DNA of 60,242 nucleotides from Nitrospirota bacterium (GCA_015484595.1 WFMM01000124.1:1-60242), one strand, 5' to 3'; positions 35,114-44,310 are shown, counted from the stretch's first letter. The notes: a model not told the origin generated them from the sequence alone. Numbers and translations are program-made.

Positions 35114-36644
35114 TCGCCGTCACGCAACAGAGATAGCCTCGGTTTTGCTCTTTGGTCTCATAACCTCTGTTACGGTTGAAAGCCACTGGAGCTTGGAGTA
35201 TGTGCTTGGTGGTTTTCTGATATCTGCCCTTTTGTTTCTCATATTTTACAGAGACATAGTTCGTTACAAGCCAGATTACATAAAAAAGACCCGAATGCTT
35301 CTGCTGCTTGGCATCCTCTTTATTTTCACCGTTGTCACTGCCAGGGCATTTCAGTACTTCTTTCTGAACTTTTCTCAGGGTCTTGGAATAGGCGCCCTCG
35401 ATAGCATTATCTACGGAATGCCCATACCAGCTGGTGCAATCCTGGTAACCCTTATTTTTGACTTCCATACTGCAATAATCTTTTCCTTTACCATAAGCCT
35501 TCTTACCGGACTCTGGGTCTCATTGCCACTTTATCCTATTTATGCCTTTGTAGGAAGCCTGGTTGGGGCATTCAGTGTCCTTCGATGCAAGAAACGCTCT
35601 GACATCCTTAAAAGCGGTCTTTATGTAAGTGCTGCAAACATCTTTACCCTTACGGGTCTTTTACTATACACAGGCAGGTTTACGCAGGATTATGCACCAG
35701 TTGCCTATATATTTGCCATATCCTCAGGGGTTATAGTTTCCTCTGTGGTCTCACTGTTTTTACCTGCAATTGAGATGATATTCAAGGTTACAACCGATAT
35801 TACCCTGCTTGAACTGCTTGATCTGAACCAGCCACTTATGAAAAACCTCATGATAACCGCACCAGGCACCTATCATCACAGCATAATAGTTGGAAACCTT
35901 GTTGAATCTGTTGCTGAGGACATAGGAGTAAACCCTCTTATGGCAAGGGTGAGTGCCTACTACCACGACATTGGTAAGATGAAGATGCCTGAGTACTTTG
36001 TAGAAAACCAGTCAGGTGCGGTTAGCAAGCATGAGTTACTAACCCCTCACATGAGCAGCATGATACTTTCCTCCCACGTGAAGGAGGGTGTTGAACTTGC
36101 CCGTGAATATGGACTTCCAGAGCCAATAATTGACATAATTCAGCAACACCACGGAACCTGTTTGATGACCTATTTCTATCAAAAGGCAAAGGACCTCGGA
36201 GATGGCGAGCCCACTGAAGAGGATTATCGATATCAGGGGCCAAAGCCTCAAAGCAGACTTGCTGCTCTGGTGATGATTGCCGATGCTGTGGAGGCAGCCT
36301 CAAGGGTGCTTAAAGACCCCACGCCTGCCCGTATCGAATCTCTGGTGGACAAGATAGTAAACCACATCTTCATAGATGGTCAGCTTGAGGAGTGTGAACT
36401 CACCCTCAAGGACATCTCTACCATTAAAAAGAAATTCACTTACATTCTCACTGGAATCCTCCACAGAAGGATAGACTATCCAGGATTTGACTTTGAAAAG
36501 GCATCTGAGGAAAGGACTGAAAAACCTGTTCTGTCCGAAAAGGTTACACCTATCAGGAAGGGGATAAAGAGGGGCAGTGATTATCATAAGAGACCTCCAA
36601 AGAAAGGTAAAGATAGACAGAGAGCACATTCGACGCTGCCTTGA
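35052..36644 (+). CDS. pgpH: 7TM-HD membrane phosphohydrolase (PgpH/YqfF family, HDIG)
   Basis: It has multiple TM helices and then an HD domain ([26 protein letters not shown]). The start is uncertain because the track start overlaps phoH by 62 nt. The phoH-pgpH-ybeY-dgkA order is conserved. Confidence 0.78.
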   Translation: MKDSKNGKKTQKQRNYHSRLNRRHATEIASVLLFGLITSVTVESHWSLEYVLGGFLISALLFLIFYRDIVRYKPDYIKKTRMLLLLGILFIFTVVTARAFQYFFLNFSQGLGIGALDSIIYGMPIPAGAILVTLIFDFHTAIIFSFTISLLTGLWVSLPLYPIYAFVGSLVGAFSVLRCKKRSDILKSGLYVSAANIFTLTGLLLYTGRFTQDYAPVAYIFAISSGVIVSSVVSLFLPAIEMIFKVTTDITLLELLDLNQPLMKNLMITAPGTYHHSIIVGNLVESVAEDIGVNPLMARVSAYYHDIGKMKMPEYFVENQSGAVSKHELLTPHMSSMILSSHVKEGVELAREYGLPEPIIDIIQQHHGTCLMTYFYQKAKDLGDGEPTEEDYRYQGPKPQSRLAALVMIADAVEAASRVLKDPTPARIESLVDKIVNHIFIDGQLEECELTLKDISTIKKKFTYILTGILHRRIDYPGFDFEKASEERTEKPVLSEKVTPIRKGIKRGSDYHKRPPKKGKDRQRAHSTLP

Positions 36645-37044
36645 TGTTGTGCTGGAGAAACTAAAACTCCAGAAGACAGAAATAGGTATTCTCTTTGTAA
36701 ACGACTCCCGTTCACGAGAGCTTAACCACACCTACCGTGGAAAAGACAGCCCCACAGATGTTCTATCCTTTCCACTGTTTAACTCCCTGAATGAAATCAA
36801 AAAAGCCACAAAGGAAAACATCTACGATGAAGACCTGCCTGTAGGTGATGTGGTAGTTAACCTGCATCAGGCCAAACGACAGGCAAAACAGTATCAGGTA
36901 GAGCTTGATGAGGAGGTTCTACGCCTCATCGTTCACGGTATCCTTCACCTCTGTGGTTATGACCACGAGGCATCAAAGAGGCAGGCACAGCAGATGTTCA
37001 GAAAGGAAAAGGAGCTCCTTGATGCCATTAAGAAGATGGGTTGA
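36577..37044 (+). CDS. ybeY: rRNA maturation endoribonuclease YbeY
   Basis: It has the zinc motif HGILHLCGYDH and TDVLSFP. The GTG start has an AAGAGGGG SD site. Confidence 0.9.
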   Translation: MIIIRDLQRKVKIDREHIRRCLDVVLEKLKLQKTEIGILFVNDSRSRELNHTYRGKDSPTDVLSFPLFNSLNEIKKATKENIYDEDLPVGDVVVNLHQAKRQAKQYQVELDEEVLRLIVHGILHLCGYDHEASKRQAQQMFRKEKELLDAIKKMG

Positions 37045-37723
37045 ATCTGCCAACTACGCCATAGAGGGTGTGCTTCATGCAGCAAAGACCGAAAGGCACC
37101 TGAGGTATCACTTTTATGCTGCAAGTGCCGTGCTTATAGTGAGTTTCCTGCTTGGTGTAAGCAGGACAGAGTTTTTGCTCATCTCAACCGTGGCCGTAGT
37201 GGTGATATGTGCTGAGCTTCTTAACACCGCTATAGAGCATGTTGTTGACCTTTTAAGCCCTGAAAAAAACGAGCTTGCAAGGCTTGCAAAGGACATCGCC
37301 GCAGGGGCAGTGCTTGTAACAGCCTTTGGCTCTCTGGTTATAGGCTACATAATACTTGCCCCTTACATCATGAAGACCTTTCAGGCAGGGTTCAGGATTG
37401 CAAAGCACACAGGTGAAGATACTGCAATAGTCTCATTGGTTATCGTTTGCATACTCGTCGTTATCACCAAATCCCACTTTGGGCGAGGCAAACCACTGAG
37501 AGGGGGGTTGCCGAGTGGACATGCAGCACTTGCCTTCTCAATATGGGTCTCTACCACTTACATTAGCCACAACTATATCGTCTCCCTCCTAACCTTTGTA
37601 GCTGCACTCGTTATCGCACAAAGCAGAGTGGCAGTAAGGGCTCACACACCCTGGGAGGTTATACTTGGTGGATTGCTTGGGGCATTGACTACCTTTCTGC
37701 TCTTTTTAATATTCTATCATTGA
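37022..37723 (+). CDS. dgkA: Fusion protein: DgkA-type (undecaprenol/diacylglycerol) kinase domain + PAP2 phosphatase domain
   Basis: The N-terminal half has ANYAIEGV...ELLNTAIEHVVD...KDIAAGAVL (DgkA). The C-terminal half has PSGHAALAF...SRVAVRAHTPWEV (PAP2 motifs C2 and C3). I place the start at ATG 37022, overlapping the ybeY stop. Confidence 0.72.
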   Translation: MPLRRWVESANYAIEGVLHAAKTERHLRYHFYAASAVLIVSFLLGVSRTEFLLISTVAVVVICAELLNTAIEHVVDLLSPEKNELARLAKDIAAGAVLVTAFGSLVIGYIILAPYIMKTFQAGFRIAKHTGEDTAIVSLVIVCILVVITKSHFGRGKPLRGGLPSGHAALAFSIWVSTTYISHNYIVSLLTFVAALVIAQSRVAVRAHTPWEVILGGLLGALTTFLLFLIFYH

Positions 37724-37762
37724 ATCGGATTTGCGGAGCAATCTCAAGGCTATGGCCCCGTA

Positions 37763-38983
37763 CTAACAGGGTATCTCCAGCCTGAAACGGCTCATACCAT
37801 CTGTGCTTTCTACCCCTATGTTGCCACCAAGGGTTGTAATGTTTTTATGAACTATAGAGAGGCCAAGCCCTGTGCCCCTGTCTTTGGTTGTAAAAAAGGG
37901 AAGAAAAATCTTCTCCCTTATCTCTTCGGGGATGCCACCTCCTGAGTCCTCCACCACTATGGTGGCCCTCTGGTCAGAACACCTAAGAGTTACAGAGAGT
38001 CTTCCACCTTCAGGCATGGCCTCAAGGGAGTTCCTTAGGAGGTTTGAGATGGCCTGTTTTAAAAGCACCGGGTCTGTATCAACTGTACAGTCCTCAAGAC
38101 TTTCCTCAATGGACAGGTCATCCCTTCCCTCGGTCTGCACCTTTAGTATTTCCTCGATCATCTCCCTTAAGTTAAAGTTTTCCCTCTGTGGCTCCACAGG
38201 TCTTGCAAAGGAGAGGAAGTCGTTTATTATTCGGTCCATGGTCTTTATTTCTTCATCAATGGCATTCAGGATGGACTGCTGTTTCTCAGGGGCATCCTTT
38301 TTAAGGAGCTTACTGTAGCCTTTAATCACTGCCATTGGATTTCTTAACTCATGGGCTATACCGAGAGATACCTCACCAAGTGAAGAAAGCCATTCCTTTA
38401 GTCTGACCTGCCTTTCAAGGCCCTTAAGCTCTGTAAGGTCACTGAATATAAGCACCTTACCGATCTTCTCCTTCTTTCTGTTATAAAGTGGAGATATGGT
38501 AAGCCCAAGCCACCTCTTCCCTTTTTCTGTCTCGTAAAGATACTCTGCCCGCTTTACGAAATCCTGTTCTTTTATAAGACTCCGAACAGGTTCATTGAAT
38601 ACATCAGAATATCGCTTTCCTTTTATATCCCTTTTCTCGATCCCCAGTATCTTCAGTGCAGAGGAGTTAACGCTGGTAATCTGGAGTTCGTTGTCAAAGC
38701 TCACCACACCACTTGGCACACTCTCGATTATGTTGTCACTGTAACTTGCTACATCGTCTGCCCTTTCCTCTGCCTTCTTCCTTAGCTCCTCAAGTTCCTG
38801 CTCCTTCTCCTTCAACTTTGCCACAAGCTCGTGAAAGGTATCAACCACAAAACCAACCTCTGACTGTCTCATCTCCTCTCTCAGTTTGCTTGCCCTCCTG
38901 AGGTAGCGGAGGCTATACAGAAAAAGTATTAAAAGAAGAAGGGGGATCAGAACGACGATGATGTTAAGCAGGGTTTGAGCCAT
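37763..38983 (-). CDS. Membrane sensor histidine kinase (TM-coiled coil-PAS-HisKA-HATPase)
   Basis: It has an H-box [10 protein letters not shown], an N-box LLRNSLEAM and a G-box DSGGGIP...GTGLGLSI. Confidence 0.85.
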   Translation of the reverse strand: MAQTLLNIIVVLIPLLLLILFLYSLRYLRRASKLREEMRQSEVGFVVDTFHELVAKLKEKEQELEELRKKAEERADDVASYSDNIIESVPSGVVSFDNELQITSVNSSALKILGIEKRDIKGKRYSDVFNEPVRSLIKEQDFVKRAEYLYETEKGKRWLGLTISPLYNRKKEKIGKVLIFSDLTELKGLERQVRLKEWLSSLGEVSLGIAHELRNPMAVIKGYSKLLKKDAPEKQQSILNAIDEEIKTMDRIINDFLSFARPVEPQRENFNLREMIEEILKVQTEGRDDLSIEESLEDCTVDTDPVLLKQAISNLLRNSLEAMPEGGRLSVTLRCSDQRATIVVEDSGGGIPEEIREKIFLPFFTTKDRGTGLGLSIVHKNITTLGGNIGVESTDGMSRFRLEIPC

Positions 38984-38987
38984 TAAG

Positions 38988-40436
38988 TCAGCCCTTCACC
39001 ACGCCGAGGGGACGGAGCTTTGCAACCTTTTTTGATATGCCAGCACGCTCAACCACATCAACCACACTGGAGATGTCCTTGTAGGCCTCTGACATCTCCT
39101 CGGCAAGGGTCTTTCGTCCAGCACTTCGCACAAGAATGCCTGCATCCTCCATCTCACGCCATATTGCCCTTCCCTTTGCCCTTTTTATGGCCTGATGCCT
39201 TGAAAGCACCCTGCCTGCACCGTGACAGGTTGAACCAAAGCTCTCCTTCATTGCCTGCTCAGTGCCTATCAGAACATAGGAGGCCCTTCCCATGTCACCA
39301 GGGATAAGAACAGGCTGTCCGATGTCTCTGTACCTGTCAGGTATCTCAGGGTGGCCTGCTGAAAATGCCCTGGTTGCACCTTTACGGTGAACTATAAGCC
39401 TTCTTTTTTTGCCATCCACTGTATGTTGCTCTACCTTTGCAATATTATGGGCAACATCATAAATCAGGTGCATCCCCAGTTCGGTTTTGCTTGCTCCAAG
39501 CACCTTCATAAAGGCTACCCTGCACCAGTGCATTATACACTGACGGTTTGCCCATGCATAGTTTGCCGCTGCCTTCATTGCAGCAAAATAATCCTGAGCC
39601 TCCTGAGAGTTAAAGGGAGCGCAGGCAAGCTCTTTATCAGGAAGGTTGATGCCGTACTTCTTCACTGCGCTTTCCATAACCTGAAGGTAGTCAGTGCAGA
39701 CCTGATGTCCAAACCCCCTTGAGCCAGTGTGTATCATGAGGGTTACCTGCTCTGGAAAGAGACCAAAAACCTGTGCAGCCCTTTCGTCGTAAATCTCCTC
39801 AACATACTGTATCTCAAGGAAGTGATTTCCTGAACCAAGCGTGCCCTGCTGAGCCCTTCCACGCTCGTAGGCCTTCTCACTTATCAAGGAGGGGTCAGCT
39901 CCCTCTATGGCACCACCTGATTCTATGTACAGAAGGTCCTCAGGCTCACCATATCCCTGCTCAACAGCCCAGCGTGCACCCCTAAGTAGCAGCCTCTCCT
40001 GGTCGGTTCTTGAAAGCCTGAGTCTACCCTTTGAGCCTACCCCGGAAGGTATTTCCTTAAACAGGACCTCCACGAGGTCCCTCATCCTGGGGAGCACCTC
40101 GGAGCGTCTGAGGTTGCTCCTCAGGAGTCTCACCCCTCAGTTTATGTCGTATCCAACACCACCAGGAGAAATAATCCCCTGCTCTATGTCAAAGGCTGCA
40201 ACCCCTCCAATGCAAAAACCATAGCCAGTGTGAACATCGGGCATCGCAAGGGACCTGCCTGTTATGCCAGGAAGGGTGGCAACATTGGCAACCTGCTTAA
40301 TTGCATCAGGCTCCAAATAGTTCTGAAGCACACTGTCAACATAAATAATGCCCTCCACAGCCATGCCCTGAACATAACCAATGGGCACCTTCAGCCTTGT
40401 TTCATCAAGCCTTTCTATGGTAACCTGCCCTGACAT
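38988..40436 (-). CDS. rtcB: RNA-splicing ligase RtcB with an in-frame TGA (40137-40139) at the catalytic-site cysteine position; candidate selenoprotein
   Basis: Track ORFs 40137-40436 and 38988-40133 share a frame and are separated only by one TGA. The junction reads [16 protein letters not shown], against the canonical [17 protein letters not shown] and CHGAGR are intact. The total of 482 codons is a normal RtcB length. Confidence 0.75.
40086..40125 (-). promoter_or_regulatory. Candidate bacterial SECIS hairpin downstream of the rtcB UGA
   Basis: The RNA has CCUG/CAGG (4 bp), an A-C mismatch, GGAGC/GCUCC (5 bp), a bulged A, ACCUC/GAGGU (5 bp) and a 9-nt loop AGACGCUCC. The stem starts 12 nt after the UGA. 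Confidence 0.5.
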
Positions 40437-40440
40437 AAAG

Positions 40441-40626
40441 CCCCCCCAATATTTCTAAATACTAATTTCTAAACACTAAACACTAAACACTCAACACTAA
40501 ACACTAAACACTCAACACTATCTACCCCAACCCTATAAACGCTACAACGCAATTAACGCTATTAACGCGACTAACGCAACGAACGCAATGAACGCTATAA
40601 ACGCAATTAACGCTATTAACGCAATT
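40441..40626. repeat. Composite repeat element filling the archease-rtcB spacer: C7, H1, (CACTMAA)7, C-box, N9 x11
   Basis: Modules in order: atttctaaatactaatttctaaa (40451-40473); cactaaa/cactcaa x7 (40474-40522); TACCCCAACCCT (40523-40534); eleven AACGC-cored units (40535-40626) running into the archease stop codon. Confidence 0.85.
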
Positions 40627-41045
40627 TATATATCAAAAATAACCTCAACGCTCCAAAGGCCGTTTTGTTTTTCGATTTTAAGGTTGTGGTAGGTTGCTGC
40701 CTTGATCAAAAGCCCCTTTTCGTGTTTTTCAGGGTCAAATTCCTCTCCAAAAACAGTGGCCTCTATTCTGTTTTCTGTTAGGTTTTTTATCTCGATATCC
40801 CTTCCAAGAAAACCGTATGTGTCGAACTGAAAGATAAGCTCGTTCAGCCAGCCCACAAGAAGACCGTCGAGGCTTTCTGCATAGACATTGATATCTACAG
40901 CCTTTGAGGAGTGTATGTTACTGTTTTCTGTAATTAAGTTGTAAAGCCCTCTGGCAGCGTTTATAAAGAGCTTTTCAAGATTCTCGCCAAATACCCTGAT
41001 TCCCACATCGCCAGAGATGTCAAGGATCTCGAAGTCTTTATCCAT
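40626..41045 (-). CDS. Archease (RtcB activator)
   Basis: The 139-aa product has an N-terminal FEILDISGDVGIRVFG and a C-terminal KAATYHNLKIEK...VIFDI, both typical of archease. It lies upstream of rtcB on the same strand. Confidence 0.85.
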   Translation of the reverse strand: MDKDFEILDISGDVGIRVFGENLEKLFINAARGLYNLITENSNIHSSKAVDINVYAESLDGLLVGWLNELIFQFDTYGFLGRDIEIKNLTENRIEATVFGEEFDPEKHEKGLLIKAATYHNLKIEKQNGLWSVEVIFDI

Positions 41046-41080
41046 CGTTATTTAAATAATAGCATTTAGACACCTTGATG

Positions 41081-41854
41081 TCAAACGTTAATTTCCTTTA
41101 AAACCTTTGATAGCCTTGCAAAGTCCTCCATGCTCAATGTCTCTGGCCTTCTCCGATAATCTATCCCAGCCTGTTCCAGGGCTCCTTTTATGTCTTTTGA
41201 GAGGGTCTTCAATGAGTTTGAAATGGTCTTTCTCCTTTGAGAAAAGGAACTTTTGATGATCCTGAAAAAGAGAGCCTCGTCTTGGACCTGAACTGGCGGT
41301 GTCTGCCTTCTTTTAAGTCTAATAACGGCTGAGTCTACCCTGGGTGGTGGAACAAAGGCACCCCTTGGAATGTAAAAAAGGATGGATGGCTCTGTGTAGT
41401 ATTGAACCATCAGTGTAAGCACGCCATAGCTTTTTCCACCAGGTGAGGCAACTATCCTTTCTGCCACCTCTTTCTGTATGGTCAGTGTGGCTGTTACGAG
41501 CCTTACATCCCTTTCGAGGAGCTTAAATATAATGGGTGTTGTTATGTAGTAGGGAATGTTTGCCACTACCTTAAAAGGAGGCAGTTCCGAAAAGTTAAAC
41601 TTAAGCACATCGGTGCACTTTATTTGAAGGTTAGGTTTATCCTTAAGAAAACCTGTTTTAAGCTCATTACATAGTTGCTCATCAAGCTCAATGGCTATCA
41701 CATCTTTTGCCCTCTCCGTAAGGATACTGGTTAGTCTTCCCTTTCCAGGGCCTATCTCCACTACAAGGTCTTCAGAGGTGATGCCTGAGGCATCTACTAT
41801 CCTTTTCAGTATGGTTGGGTCAAACAAAAAATGCTGTCCAAGCCTTCTTTTCAT
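41081..41854 (-). CDS. rsmA: 16S rRNA (adenine1518/1519-N6)-dimethyltransferase
   Basis: It has LGQHFL, SAM motif VVEIGPGKGRLT, and NIPYYITTPI. Confidence 0.95.
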   Translation of the reverse strand: MKRRLGQHFLFDPTILKRIVDASGITSEDLVVEIGPGKGRLTSILTERAKDVIAIELDEQLCNELKTGFLKDKPNLQIKCTDVLKFNFSELPPFKVVANIPYYITTPIIFKLLERDVRLVTATLTIQKEVAERIVASPGGKSYGVLTLMVQYYTEPSILFYIPRGAFVPPPRVDSAVIRLKRRQTPPVQVQDEALFFRIIKSSFSQRRKTISNSLKTLSKDIKGALEQAGIDYRRRPETLSMEDFARLSKVLKEINV

Positions 41855-42148
41855 AAAAAGAATCCTTTTATAAGGCTATATAAAACGAATCTACTGGTTA
41901 TTATAACCTAACACCTTACTTTCCTTAAAAATATCAGGCAAAATGAAAAATCCTGTAGCAAAACCGCAGTGTTCTTCATTTTCATTATCTTCACTCGCTG
42001 AACATATTTATTTAATTTAATAATAGACAGTTTTAAAATTTTTTTATATAATAATGGAAAATTAATCTAAAATTATTTTAGGGGTCTAAAGTTATAGGGG
42101 GTTTAAGAGGGGATTTCGGTGCAGAATATTAATTCTATATAAGGAGGT

Positions 42149-43561
42149 GTGGGAATGGGGAGATTAGATGTGAGGTGTAATGTATCAATTCCTGTAACAA
42201 TCCTTACTGATAAGGTTACAAAGGAAACAGAAACAAAAAATATCGGCTTGAAGGGTGCCCTTTTAAGAGAGTCCGTCCCATTTACGGAAAAGGAAATCAT
42301 CCGTTTAAAGGCAAGGATTCCTGAATTAGGTGAGTTTCAGAGTGACGTAAGGGTAGTGAGAAAAGACCAGGGTGGTATAGCTGTAAGGTTTTTAAACATA
42401 GACCCGACATCAAGGCATGCCCTCTGGAACTACATAAAGGGACACATTCACACCACAAAGGAATGCCCCTTTTGTGGGTTCAATAACGAAGTAGCCGATG
42501 TAGAGATATGCAAAAATTGTGGGCTTCCAGTAAATGTAACAGAGAGGGAATTTCATGAGATAGAAAAGGAGATTAAGAAGAAGTGGTTAAAGTTCATAGA
42601 TAATGCTACTGAGGAATTTATAAAAAAGTGCCAGGAGATAGAAGACCTTATAGAACAGGACAGGCTATCATCAGATGAGATATATCTGAGGCTTAAGGGC
42701 ACATTTAACGAATTTGTTGACAGGGCAGAGCTTTTTGAAACAGGAATTTCTGACAGGGAATTAATTGAAAGATGCAGAAAGGAGTTTCATGAAAAAACAA
42801 ACCACCTGTTTATAAAAAGCTATGCCTTTAACAGGACAAGAACATGGCCTAAGGGATACCAGGGTGATTATAAGACTCTGGAAGGTATATACAGAAACAC
42901 ACCCCTTTCAAGGTGGATTGGTTATTACATGGATTACTATGCACTTAACACCACCCTTGCAAAGGCTGTAAGAAACAGGCTAAGGATTTTAACAGACCTT
43001 CTGAGAAGTGAACTTGAAAAAAGAAAAGAGCCCAGGGTATTAAACATCGCCTGTGGCTCGTGCAGGGAGCTCATGGACCTTATACCTCAGATAGAAGATT
43101 CTCAGGCTAAAATAACCTGTATTGATACTGATGAGGATGCCCTCTCCTTTGCATACAACCGATTGAGCATAGCCAGGACAATTGCATCAAACATAGAGTT
43201 TCGTTATTACAACGCCTTAAGGCTTTTTGATTACGAAATAGTAGAAAGAGACTTCCCCAGGCAGGACATAATCTACAGCGTTGGTCTTTTTGATTATCTG
43301 GAAACAGACACACTTATAAAAATATTGAGAAATCTCTACAGGCATCTAAATAAAAATGGCCTGCTGATTGCAGCATTCAAGGATGTCAGACAGTACAGAC
43401 CTCAGCCTTATCACTGGTTTATGGACTGGACTGGTTTTCTACAGAGAAACGAAGAGGACTTTCTTGCCATACTAAAAGAGGCTGAAATTCCTGATGGTGC
43501 AGTTGAAAATTTAAGAGATGATACTAGGGCAATAATTTTCTACAGAATAACAAAGATATAA
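42149..43561 (+). CDS. Three-module protein: PilZ domain + C4 zinc ribbon + class I SAM-dependent methyltransferase
   Basis: The PilZ module has RLDVR (RxxxR) and NIGLKG (a D/NxSxxG-like motif). The zinc ribbon is CPFCG...CKNCG. The methyltransferase motif I is VLNIACGSCRELMDL, with later motifs SVGLFDYL and GLLIAAF. Confidence 0.72.
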   Translation: MGMGRLDVRCNVSIPVTILTDKVTKETETKNIGLKGALLRESVPFTEKEIIRLKARIPELGEFQSDVRVVRKDQGGIAVRFLNIDPTSRHALWNYIKGHIHTTKECPFCGFNNEVADVEICKNCGLPVNVTEREFHEIEKEIKKKWLKFIDNATEEFIKKCQEIEDLIEQDRLSSDEIYLRLKGTFNEFVDRAELFETGISDRELIERCRKEFHEKTNHLFIKSYAFNRTRTWPKGYQGDYKTLEGIYRNTPLSRWIGYYMDYYALNTTLAKAVRNRLRILTDLLRSELEKRKEPRVLNIACGSCRELMDLIPQIEDSQAKITCIDTDEDALSFAYNRLSIARTIASNIEFRYYNALRLFDYEIVERDFPRQDIIYSVGLFDYLETDTLIKILRNLYRHLNKNGLLIAAFKDVRQYRPQPYHWFMDWTGFLQRNEEDFLAILKEAEIPDGAVENLRDDTRAIIFYRITKI

Positions 43562-43563
43562 AG

Positions 43564-44310
43564 GTGGCATTACTAAAAGACAGAGTTGCTATTATTACAG
43601 GGGGCTCCCGGGGTATTGGCAGAGCTATTGTTTCCAGCTTTGCAAAAGAGGGCGCCCTTTGTGCTTTTACCTTTTCAAGTAGCTCAAAGGAAGCAGAGGC
43701 CCTGTCCACGGAGCTAAAGGCAATGGGTTCAAGGGTGATGTGCGAAAGGGTGGATGTCAGAGACTACGAAGGGGTAAAGGAGTTCGTGGAAAAGGTCAAA
43801 GAAGAGTTTGGAGGTCTGGACATACTGGTCAACAATGCTGGTATTAACAAAGACAAATCAATTATCATGATGACCCATGAGGACTGGCAGGATGTGATTG
43901 ATGTTAATCTTACAGGGGTTTTCAACTTCACCAAGGCCTGCATCGTAACTTTTCTTAAGCAAAAGTCAGGGTGTATTATAAATATGTCCTCAGTAAGTGG
44001 CCTCTCACCCTTGCCTGGTCAGGCAAGCTATGCATCGGCAAAATCTGGGGTTATCGGATTAACAAAGGCCCTCGCCCGTGAGGTGGCACCTTACAATGTA
44101 AGGGTCAATGCAATTGCCCCTGGTTTTATTGAGACCGATATGGTAAAAAGCCTTAACGAAAACTACAGAAAAAAGATTCTGGACTTGATTCCATTTAAAA
44201 GGTTAGGGACGACCGAAGAAGTAGCACAGGGATGTGTTTACCTTGCCAGCGATTATGCCTCCTACATCACAGGACAGGTGTTAACCATTGATGGTGGGCT
44301 TAGTATTTAA
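43564..44310 (+). CDS. fabG: 3-oxoacyl-[ACP] reductase (SDR)
   Basis: It has TGGSRGIG, NNAG and a catalytic S...YASAKSG motif. The start is GTG, 3 nt after the upstream stop. Confidence 0.85.
   Translation: MALLKDRVAIITGGSRGIGRAIVSSFAKEGALCAFTFSSSSKEAEALSTELKAMGSRVMCERVDVRDYEGVKEFVEKVKEEFGGLDILVNNAGINKDKSIIMMTHEDWQDVIDVNLTGVFNFTKACIVTFLKQKSGCIINMSSVSGLSPLPGQASYASAKSGVIGLTKALAREVAPYNVRVNAIAPGFIETDMVKSLNENYRKKILDLIPFKRLGTTEEVAQGCVYLASDYASYITGQVLTIDGGLSI

Noticed and set aside
38988-40436. rtcB as a pseudogene, or as two independent genes (99 aa + 381 aa)
   Set aside because: The only lesion is one TGA, exactly at the Cys codon of DINCGVR. Both halves are otherwise intact and in frame, and a SECIS-like hairpin follows. 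The downstream half would also need a GTG start with no SD site. A pseudogene remains the fallback if the genome lacks Sec machinery.
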